Shown in pieces: positions 54,701 through 64,000 of a stretch of 64,000 bases of DNA. The stretch comes from Lingula anatina (taxonomy: Eukaryota > Animalia > Brachiopoda), in contig CM120640.1 of assembly GCA_051362555.1 (NCBI GenBank), forward strand, positions 23,298,225 through 23,362,224. The letters run 5' to 3'. The notes beneath the pieces are model-generated. The model was not told the origin of the DNA. It saw only the letters and a list, made by a program, of their open reading frames with translations, and did no database searches. Every line of letters starts with the position of its first letter. Within the stretch, counting starts at the first letter, position 1. The translations under genes and the position numbers were made by a program.

Positions 54701-57033
54701 TTATAAATCTAATGGTTGTCCTAAACTTATGACCAGTTTTTTCAATTTTTCATCTTCTGCCCAGTGTATTCCACTGCCAAGTATAAGTCCCTGCAAAACG
54801 TGGCGTTGCATTTCTATCTTACTGCATTCCTCTTCTAAACTACGCTTAGCACTGAAACAAACCAAAAAGTGTCATGAAAAAATCAATAATTGACCATAAC
54901 AGCATAACCAAAGTTGTTGAACACACACAATAGGCTAATAAAAAACTTACATTTCAATTGTGGCTAATTCCATAACATGCCTGAGATGTTTGAAAAATGT
55001 CAGTGTATACACTATAACAGGTCCGTAGGCGATGGGGGGAGGGGGGGGAAATGTAGAAAGAGCCACACTTTTTGAGGGAAAACATCTGCTCTGCATCAAA
55101 ATTTAGTTAAGATTCTATGTTATTTTCCAAGTTGGGTCAACTAAGAGGATACAAAGGTCCACTTTTTCAGACCCCCACCTCTTAAAATTGCTGGCTACAG
55201 GCCTGTTTAGTGAATTACAATAAAAATACACAATATATAAGTAGTTGAATTCATTCCAAAACTTATGACATAAGTGACACAATTAAATGCTTACTCCTGT
55301 ATTTCCTCATTTTGTTGAAAATCTGCACCCCTTTGTTGTTTCTCTTCATTCTGTTTTTCTGCTTGGGCAAGCAGCTCTCTGCACTGTTTCATCATTTGCA
55401 GGCGATCCTTTTGATAGCATCCAACAGTTACATGCATGGTCTGCATAGCCTAAATATTATATATAAAGAAAGCCTTTAATATGTTGTAAGTGACACTTTT
55501 GAACATAAAAATATATAAACATTCTCAATCACATAGCTGTGGTAAATGTAGTCTTTTTCACACTTCTTGTCCATCGCTAAAATACCTACTTAGTACGTTT
55601 GGTTACAAGTCAACATTTATGTTGAAATATCAGTGAGGAAAGAGTAAGTAAAGACAGCTATGGTTTTTTATGCATAGACATCTTAAACATCACACTCACT
55701 TTGTGGATGCCTAAAATCTTGGTTACCAATTCCATCTGCCTTTGTACAAGAGGCAAAAGGGATCTGCAAACAATGACATAATTACAAATTCAAAAATATT
55801 ATCTGTATCTGTATACACTGACAAATACTGATACAATCTAAAAACGGCAGAGTCAAGCTATGACAATAGGCAATGTTACCAAACACTAAAAAACAGGAAA
55901 AAATTATATAAAATATTTTTCTCATTGTATATACTGTACACATCTAATGCATGGCTCTCATTCAGACCTTACAACTTACTCTGTCTCTTTGTTTCTGGTA
56001 ACTACATCTCCTGCACCTTGATCCCCATCACATGCAGAGAGCAAGTTCTGTGATAAACATTCTCCTAACTGCATTCTGAAAGATGGCAGATGGTTGTAAA
56101 AACATGGACATTTGTTTAATGATATTAAATGCACTGATATTCTAATAAAAGGCAGTATATGTCACAAGGAGCAGCATTTTTCTAGTTTAAAAATCTTTTA
56201 TCGAAGAATGCCAACAGATATCAAATCATAATTTATATTAGAGGACAATAACTGGACAAACCTTTTAACAATCTGTTCCTTTTGTTTGAGGTTAGTTGAA
56301 GCATCCAACAGTTCCTTCTGCAATTCAGTTATCCTGAAAAGCAATTTGAAATGTGCTTACAAACAAGAGTCCATCATATTTGCCATATACTGTATATACA
56401 CCGTATGATGTTAGAAAGCTTTTATTTTACCAGCAATCGAAACCACAATACTTTTCTTAAATATCTGCTTGATGTAATCTATAAGCATTTGTATATATAA
56501 AGTTTTTAATGAAATTATTTTTCTGCTATATATTTATAAAAGTCAACCGCTTTGAATCTCAGACAGAAGAAGATGGGGCAGTTTTTAATATTTCTCCACA
56601 TACATCAAATGACTCATATTCTTTGATTACGATCTACACAACCATTCTGACTTTAAAAAATATTATTTTCATACCTCTCTTGAATCTGGTCGATGTTATT
56701 TCCTGGTCTGGCATTGTCTTTTGCTGTGGATAAAATCAAAATGATAAAACAATTGCATTAAATTTTAATGATTCTACCGTACGTTGATAAAATTTGACAG
56801 TAAAAACTACAACTAAGGAAATGTGTCAGACACTTTCATTTCTGCTAAAGCAAAATAACGCAAAAATAATTAACTGAAGAGGAGAGGGGACTTTTCAACT
56901 ACATACCACTTTCAAGTTTTGCGTGGTAATCTACCATCACTGTATTTAGCCATTCCCTGGTTTTTTGTAACTGAAGAATTATTTCGTCTGCGCTCAACGA
57001 TATTTCTTCATCCGACTGCTCTGGTGAAGACAT
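54701..57033 (-). CDS. CENPH: Centromere protein H (CENP-H), 7 coding exons, 237 aa
   Basis: Hand-built exons on the minus strand: 57033-56907, 56723-56675, 56333-56262, 56075-55980, 55763-55700, 55449-55295, 54851-54701. All introns are GT-AG and phase-compatible, and the total of 714 nt is open. The protein is coiled-coil-like and ends QRHVLQGLILGSGIHWAEDEKLKKLVISLG, matching the conserved CENP-H C-terminal motif (LILGSxVxWAEDxxLxxIV). Confidence 0.9.
55018..55205 (-). mobile_element. MITE family B, decayed copy in CENP-H intron 6
   Basis: Termini CAGGTCCGTAG ... CTGGCTACAGGCCTG. The segment AAAGGTCCACTTTTTCAGA...AAATTGCTGGCTACAGGCCTG is the reverse complement of the left part of 62801-62968. 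Confidence 0.8.
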
Positions 57034-57913
57034 TTCGCCACTTTTTCAATAGAATAAAACGTGCTCGTAATACTTAAATATCTTCAATTCATAATACATA
57101 ACAGTAAAATGTCATTCATTTGCATCATTTGTTTTCCTACTTGCAGCTGCATAACACAAAATTTCCGCCAAGTAACCAGCCTAGTTCTGTGATTAAGTAC
57201 GCCGAAATAAAAGCGTCTCCACCCTTGTAAAAGCAAAATAAATGTTTTTTTAACTTTTTTACTTTCAATAAAACAGGTTTTTATTTAGTCAGTACTCAAA
57301 AACTTACTGTACATTCAGATATACTTACAAATATCTCATTACACTCATTTCAATTAATAAGGAACGAGTCAACAATTAACCATCATGCCAGTCGACAGGA
57401 AGTTGAGTCATGAGCGGCAGGTTTGAAAGCCTTCTAAATTTAAAGATGCTGAGAATTCAAATTTGACCTAGTCCTGCATGATGAAAACTGATTAAAAAAC
57501 TGGTATGTCTTATGCAAGTACTGACACGTAACACACTGACCCAGGTAAATGCAATCAATCGATAATTGAACACAACACCCTTTGCCGTAGCCTTCTTTGA
57601 ATGAAACTTAGACCTACGAGTAAATGTCATGAGTAAAGCAGTGATGAAAAAGTGAATAAACAGAAATAGATTTTTTTTTTTTACAAATTTTGAAGAGATA
57701 TTAATGGCATGGTACAAAGTTATGGTACAGAGATACTTCAATGAAAGGTGATAAATCTGCACCCTTTGCTTCACATGCAAGTTATTTTTTATTTTCATTT
57801 TATTTTCATGATACATCAATTTATCTCATTGCAATACATGGAAATAAGTATCTTAATTGACAGATGTGTAAACTAGCTCTAAATAATTTTAGGGAAATAT
57901 TTCAACACTGAAA
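57034..57913. promoter_or_regulatory. Putative bidirectional promoter / 5' UTR region shared by CENP-H and the divergent membrane-protein gene
   Basis: Only 880 bp separate the two divergent ATGs. A likely acceptor (AATAATTTTAG|G) at about 57892 suggests a 5' UTR intron in the plus-strand gene, which would put its transcription start even closer to CENP-H. Confidence 0.55.
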
Positions 57914-60593
57914 ATGTCAGCAATTACCAAGTGCAAAATTATTGGGCGAGTGCAATCTGCAAAGAATGAGAATGAAGAAAATGATACCCCAGGCACTACA
58001 ACTACAAATAGTAACACTAAAGTCAAATTAAGACCTCCATTTACTCCTTTACATGGGACACTATATAACATTAGACAAAGGTTGGAAGAAAGGCTCTCAG
58101 ATACACCAGCAGAAGTGGAAGACAAGACTAGTCCTGGATTGGCAAGGTTAAGGAAAACACCAGGTCAGGCAGCTGATCATGAGGCATATCATTTTTAAAT
58201 TGATTAATATACATGTATATTGAAACTTTATTGCAACTAAATGTCATGTATTGCAGCATACTCTTTTGTGGATTATTTTAACATTTAATATTTTTAATGG
58301 CAATATATCTTCAAAAATAGTTACAGGTTACATTTTATGTGGTGCCCCATTGTTTGATGGTATTTGTTATACCTTTGTTCATATTGATTTACACATGTCA
58401 TGTGGCTTATAACACTATGAAATGTGCATATTTGATGAATGCGTATTAAACTAAATTTCAGCCTGTATAAAGGCACGCCAGCAATCCCTCATTCGGAAGC
58501 ACCAAGTGGCCAAAGATAAAATTGACAATCTGAATGTAGGGGGAGGGGTAAGCATGTGGCCTCAGATGGAAACTATGAGATTGACCCAAGGTGAAACCTT
58601 GCAGCTCCTGGCAGTGTGCATTGGACTGTTCACTTCAACTGTGGTGCTTTTTTATTTTTTGCATGGTAAGAAATCACACTAAGGGACCATTCCCAGACCC
58701 TATCGAACTAACTGTGGATTGATCTATCTCAGAGGGGATTCTCACTAAATTGCAATCAACTGAAGTGGCTTAGATGTCTGTCACCCCTGAAGCTGCTAGG
58801 AGGTAACTAATTATCCCTTCAGCTTCAGTAGGTGTGCTAGACATCTAAGCTGCTTAAGCTGAAAGTGATCCTGTTAGATCAATCTAGGTATAATGGGAAC
58901 CCAGTCTAAAGAGTTGATGCTTAAGTCAGGCTTTTTTACATTAAAGTACCAAATATGTTTCTAAGAGTAGACATTTTTTAATCAAATTAAATGAAGCATC
59001 TGAAGATGTTTTATTTTGAAGTCACTGATTTTATAGAATTATACTTTCATGTCTTTTTGATAAAAGAAACAATAATGTACTAATGTATGAAGTCACTAAA
59101 ATGTGACATGTTTCTAGGATAAAATAATCTTCACCCTCCTTTGTTTCAGGTTCAGAGCTACAAAGATTGAAATACTATGACAGAGAACTGCATGAATTCT
59201 ATAGTCGGCACCCTCTAGTTGTAAATAAAGACAATCATAGCTTTACTGCAAGTGTGCTTAAGTGGCATACGAGTTACAGAAGACTTTTAGTAAGTAACTG
59301 TGGGAAATAGAGATACACCAAATTGTGCGATTCCGGAAGCATGCATACTAACATTAGCACTTATGTTAATCCTATTTGCAAATATTGTGTGCAAGTAGGT
59401 TATTTTAAATTCATTTTAGGCAAAGCAGAAATACAAAAACACATTTGTATTGAATTATCTGTATTACATGTATTTTAAAGCCAAAACATACATATGCTAA
59501 CACAGGAAATATTTTTTTCATTTTTTTATGTTTAGGCAGAGATTCAAGACTCCTTTGCTATATCCCTAATGGACACTCCTTGGAGTTACAAATTATGTGT
59601 GTTACTCTATGTCTGTGGGATAGGAATATTGCTGTATTATTTGATGGACAACATGGTTGCGAAAAGCAAATTAACACCAAGAAGAATTAAGAAATGGTGA
59701 GTTTGTAATGGTTATCAGTGAAGAAAAAAGGCATTATCATGCTGAAGTGTCAATGATTTCTAGAAAGAACAGATCTGGATATAAAACTTCATGCTTGCAC
59801 ACCAGTTCATTAGCTTTGTAAATATAAGATTTGAAATTAAAAGTCAGAAAAGCTGTGATTCTTTACACTAAGATTTTTTGTTACTTGTCAATATGTTATG
59901 AGTGTTTTTTTCAGTTTTCTGTAGCATGTTTTGACTTTCCTTCAGGGTTTCCCTTCTGACAGTAACTGCTACCTGGACTCTACTAATGTTAAAGCTGTTG
60001 ATCTATGCTCTGAGGGTTGAACTGGCTGTAGAAAGCAATGTCCATATGCTTATGAAGGAATTGGTAATTAGACCCAATTTAGTCTTTAACTTTTGATACT
60101 TTTAGCATTTTATGAGAACCATATAATTTTATAGACAAGATGAGGGGCATATTTACATCAGGTTGTCCACTTGATTGTTCATTTTGCTCTATTTGTCTGT
60201 TCTTTGTCTTGTTATGTCAGAAAATTTGAAATTGAAGGGATCTAGGACCCTCAAATTCGGAACTCTAGCCTTAAATTGGACTCCTGGATGAGAAAGCAAG
60301 CGATCCACGTTGACAAAATAGCAATTAACTTTATTTACTTATTATTTCAGGGCCATCTCATTCCAACTGACCTGGATCTAGGTAAACTTCAAGTAGTCCT
60401 TCAATACTGGAGTATGCACTGTTTTCCACCAACATCGCAAGGTGTACTAAACATTATGGGAATCCTTTCTGTGCGGGATGTAACCTACTATTTACAATAC
60501 TACAGCCTTCCGATTGTAACTGCTTTAGTCACCCCTGTGTTGAAATTAGTGGTTTCTTTGAAAGAGATTTACAGTGACAAGAAGAAGACATGA
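57914..60593 (+). CDS. Uncharacterised multi-pass membrane protein, 6 coding exons, 371 aa
   Basis: Hand-built exons: 57914-58163, 58462-58665, 59150-59289, 59536-59696, 59946-60063, 60351-60593. All introns are GT-AG and phase-compatible, and 1116 nt is open. Hydrophobic segments are LQLLAVCIGLFTSTVVLFYFL, LCVLLYVCGIGILLYYLM, WVSLLTVTATWTLLMLKLLIYAL and YYSLPIVTALVTPVLKLVV. It ends SDKKKT*. The exon 1 donor (AG|GTCAGG) is the weakest junction. Confidence 0.8.
58683..58906. mobile_element. Fold-back MITE family A, copy 3 (intron 2 of the membrane-protein gene)
   Basis: TAA flanks. Nested inverted repeats GATTGATCTA/TAGATCAATC and GCTTAGATGTCT..CTGAAGCTG/CAGCTTCAG..AGACATCTAAGC. Homologous to 7354-7579. 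Confidence 0.65.
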
Positions 60594-60752
60594 ATTAGGC
60601 CTATTATTTTGGAAAATCTTTGAAGTTAAATATTTAACTGTGAAGTTAAATATGTTCCCACATGTACTGAACAGTAAAGAAAAATTGTTTTTCACATGCA
60701 GGATACTTTGTGTCTTTGTCATACAAGCTGCTACAGAATGCTCTGTACTTAA

Positions 60753-60815
60753 GGAACTCCCTGGAGTTACAAATTTTGTGTGTTATTCTGTCTGTGAGAT
60801 AAGGATATTGCTGTA
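60753..60815 (+). repeat. Decayed direct copy of part of coding exon 4 of the membrane-protein gene
   Basis: GGAACTCCCTGGAGTTACAAATTTTGTGTGTTATTCTGTCTGTGAGATAAGGATATTGCTGTA aligns with 59571-59636 (GGACACTCCTTGGAGTTACAAATTATGTGTGTTACTCTATGTCTGTGGGATAGGAATATTGCTGTA), with two small deletions and a few substitutions. Confidence 0.85.
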
Positions 60816-61238
60816 CATGATAACAGGGAGGTCATGAATATTTAAAGCATTTTATGTTTGAAAACCAGGTTAACCTGAACCAAGACTAATTTGCAGAGCA
60901 TAAGTGCCTTTAGTCCCTTAATATGCCAACTGTTTAATTTATTTGCTTGTAACAATGTTTGCTATTTTATTTACTAAGAGATTTATTAATAAGGGAGATC
61001 TACACAGGTCTGTGGAATTCAAAGAATCATAGAATTATGTAGACTGTGCCCACAGTCACCCAACATTGCATGGGGGGATGATCCCCTCCCCATCTTTGCC
61101 AGTTGCTTTTGCCAATTGTTTTCAGACAATAGCATGATTTGTTGCAAACACTGCTGCTTATATATTATCATCAGAGGTGGCATTCACAACAGGTGATATA
61201 TTCGGATTTACTGGTCCGTGGATCAAACATGGCATACC

Positions 61239-61389
61239 CTACATGAAAGCAAGACTGTCTAATCCTGTAATGGTCTCCCCACCTCCATACCCGCCTTCCC
61301 TTGATGGGCCTAGCAACCTCAAAGCCAAATATAATCCATGTGGAGGCAGGAAGACCATTAAAGGATTAGACAGTCTTGCTTTCATGTAG
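61239..61389. mobile_element. Long inverted repeat / candidate Tc1-mariner-type MITE (TA|CATG...CATG|TA)
   Basis: 49-bp arms (61239-61287 and 61341-61389), with the outer 28 bp perfectly complementary and 4 mismatches overall. The spacer is 53 nt. TA dinucleotides at 61240-61241 and 61387-61388 flank a 145-bp CATG...CATG unit. Confidence 0.75.
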
Positions 61390-62800
61390 ATTCCACCATA
61401 TTTGATCCGCAGACAAGTAGATCTGAGGATCATCTGTTCAGAATGCAACCATATTGAGACATTAATGTATGTGTATAGTTTCACACGTTTACATGTTTGT
61501 AAGTTGTGCTTCTTGTTATATTTTCATATTTTAGAAGGTTTTCTGCCATTTTCAGTGTGCATGCATTTTTATGGCCCTTGTTGAAAAAGAGTGATCATTG
61601 CTGTAGCAATTTCAAGTTTTTCAGAGCCAGTACTTTCTAACTAACTGTGTGAGCCTTGTGTCAGCTTATTAGTACTTGGAAAGCAAAATAATATCAATCT
61701 TCATTTGAAGTATTTCATTACGGAAATAAAATTTCAGTACATTTAACTGCCAGTATTTCCAGAATAAAATTATCTCATTAATTTCAATTGCAATAATAAT
61801 TTAACAGCAGTGACACATGAAATATCAGTCATCTCAGGGCAGTAGTAGGAACAGCATTAAACATGCCACATTTAGGTTTGCAATTCTTTTGGCCTTCATC
61901 ATGTATTAGTCAAAGAAGAAACTAGAGTTACTTGGCAATTTTCATTTGAAACTAATATCAACTTTTAATTACATGAATGTTACACTGAAAGGTTTTTTTG
62001 TCACATACTGTAGAAATATAAACCAAATGAGAAAACAATTTGAAAATATATGATGTATTTATTCAATCTCAGCTGTTAAAATGGCAATTAACACAGTACA
62101 CCATCATTAGTACAATGATTGAGATATTTCACTTATATTTATAAAACAATTACAAAAAATGCAAACACTTAATAATCATTAAATATTATGACTAACAATA
62201 AAATAACATAACTTAGCACTTTGTGCATATTTTTTTCAAAAATTGCAGCTGCGTGTTCTGATTTCACTCAAATAACAATAACAAGTTACAAAAAACCTTT
62301 CACTTATCAGTATAAAAAGGGGAAATGCATATAATTTTTTTGATACATAAATAAACTGGCATATCCTAATTTTATCTAATAAATTGCAAAAATGAGCAAG
62401 TTTTTCATATCATAATAGAAAATCTTGATTTCTGCCAATTCATTCTGATGATTGCAATCTTAATTTTACAAACTAGGGGTTGAAATGTGCATACTTTTCA
62501 AAAAAAAAAAAAAAAAAGCATTTGAATTAGATTCAATCCACCTATTCTGCATCAGTGTTAAAATGTCAGCATCGCTGTAATTCATGTAGAATTTTTCTTG
62601 CCTGAACTAATTGCACATTGGTCATTTCTGTCATGGTTGATGTACAGTATGTGTACAAACAGAACCCACTCGGGGATATCTACTAGTAGGGTCCCAAGTG
62701 ATATTAAGCATTACTTCTTTTTACTGTGGACCCTCAGCTGTGAAGAACACATGCTCCAATGAGTCTGATAGCAGGCAATGGTCATCAAGTATAAACTTTC

Positions 62801-62968
62801 CAGGCCCGTAGCCAGCAATTTCAAAAGGGGGGTTCTTTTTCTGAAAAAGTGGACCTTTTTCCATAAAAACTTCATGTACCTAGATCAAATTTTACCCAGA
62901 GTGGACCTTTTCCCAGCAAAAGGGGTGGTTCTTTCGAACCCCCCAAACCCCCCCTGGCTACGGGCCTG
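62801..62968 (+). mobile_element. MITE family B, well-preserved copy
   Basis: Perfect 15-bp TIRs CAGGCCCGTAGCCAG ... CTGGCTACGGGCCTG. Flanked by a 5-bp direct repeat CTTTC (62796-62800 and 62969-62973). A second copy lies at 55018-55205. Confidence 0.85.
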
Positions 62969-63144
62969 CTTTCTGAAATATTCTAATGTTATATAAAACA
63001 GTTTACTATGGCAGGGTAGATAGTACCATCTTCCCCATGTGCTAGTGGTGTCCAATAGCAGCAAGTGTAAGAGGGTGATCAAAGCAATTACTTAGATCTA
63101 GGCTTATTTTAATAAAAATTAGAATTTTTGATGTAGGTCACGTT

Positions 63145-64000
63145 TCAAGAAACCATTGTAAAATATGCAATCTGATTCAACTCTACAAGATAGTTTTTCA
63201 TCCACTTTGGACCTGTTATGGAATTTCTTTGAATTTCATCTCTCCAGATTCCCTTTGGAAAGTAGATGTCCCTGGTCTTTTTTGACTTTTCTAAAATTGG
63301 GGCAACAAGGAGGGTCTCCCCTACAAGAAACTCGGAGTCAATTGTCTGTGCAGTGTCATCTTCTGGAGCAATCCACCACAGGGGTTGGATAATTGGAGGG
63401 CATATTTGAGAACAATTCAAATCAAATAAATATGATCTGATTCTAGGTACAACGACAGTCTTATGCTTATTGATCATATCGTTAGCAATAATCACTGTCT
63501 CAGGATCCAACTCCCAAGGAGCAACAGAAAATTCCATCACGGGCATAAATGCTGCTACCTCCATCCACCTGATATACAATTCTTTATCCATAGTATTTAG
63601 GTCAGCATTTCCCCCAATAATCCCAGGGATTACAAAAGAATAACCCAATACAGATAAAGCTAGAGCTGTAGGAATGACACTTTTGAGGCCAAAGTTATAA
63701 CCCCAATTAGTTTGTCTTCCAAACATTTTTATAACAATTGGCAAATGCTGTGATCTAGAGGCAGCCTCCAGCTGTACTGGCATATTTAAGTCAGCCACCA
63801 TGTCTGCATACAGCTTTGTATAGAAATCAATATCACTCAAAGGATTCTCAAATGTTGGACTAGCAGGGAGCAATCCCTTGCCCCCAAAGGTAAAAGAGTC
63901 TATTCCATAGGTCTGTGCAAGGTCTCCCAGCTTCTGCTGAAACCATGCAGTAGCATCCCCATTTGTAGGGTCTAACACAGCAGCCACCTCATCATCATGG
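63145..64000 (-). CDS. MYORG-like glycoside hydrolase family 31 protein, C-terminal part (5' end outside the window), probably catalytically inactive
   Basis: The frame stays open to the window edge. MYORG/GH31 motifs are present: AVLDPTN..A..WF, NWGYNFGLKSVIPTAL.LSVLGYSFVIP..IGGN, ELYIRWMEVAAFMPVMEFSVAPW, PIIQPLWWIAPED..AQTIDSEFLVGETLLVAPIL and RDIYFPKG.W. Confidence 0.92.
   Translation of the reverse strand, partial: HDDEVAAVLDPTNGDATAWFQQKLGDLAQTYGIDSFTFGGKGLLPASPTFENPLSDIDFYTKLYADMVADLNMPVQLEAASRSQHLPIVIKMFGRQTNWGYNFGLKSVIPTALALSVLGYSFVIPGIIGGNADLNTMDKELYIRWMEVAAFMPVMEFSVAPWELDPETVIIANDMINKHKTVVVPRIRSYLFDLNCSQICPPIIQPLWWIAPEDDTAQTIDSEFLVGETLLVAPILEKSKKTRDIYFPKGIWRDEIQRNSITGPKWMKNYLVELNQIAYFTMVS

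Noticed and set aside
61177-61484. Two opposite-strand ORFs sharing YMKARLSNP/GLDSLAFM
   Set aside because: Artefact of the inverted repeat at 61239-61389.
1-64000. CRISPR arrays, rRNA/tRNA genes and prokaryotic operon-type systems
   Set aside because: No repeat-spacer arrays or structural RNA genes were recognised. Spliceosomal introns, LINEs and microsatellites show the DNA is eukaryotic.

Overview
This is AT-rich, intron-containing animal genomic DNA, probably from a lophotrochozoan such as a mollusc; the taxon is an inference. The first ~54 kb is gene-poor. It holds three paralogous class A GPCRs with single-exon coding regions, of the FMRFamide-receptor-like/Srw-like type (10.4, 18.6 and 35.2 kb), set among MITEs, decayed Tc1, RTE and CR1/L2 elements, a ~230-bp tandem duplication and microsatellites. 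The last ~10 kb is gene-dense. I reconstructed two spliced genes by hand that the ORF track does not show: a 7-exon CENP-H (minus strand, 237 aa) and, head-to-head with it, a 6-exon uncharacterised ~4-TM membrane protein (plus strand, 371 aa, C-terminal KKxx). The window ends in the 3' part of a MYORG-like GH31 gene in which both catalytic aspartates appear to be replaced by glycine. The most notable signals are the GH31 pseudoenzyme, a conserved N-terminal CxC..C plus ECL3 Cys module in the GPCRs, and strong enrichment of the palindrome TACATGTA. That palindrome looks like a transposon excision footprint: one copy interrupts a LINE YVDD motif, and a candidate TA|CATG...CATG|TA donor element lies in the window. 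All homology calls are from recognition of motifs, not from database searches.
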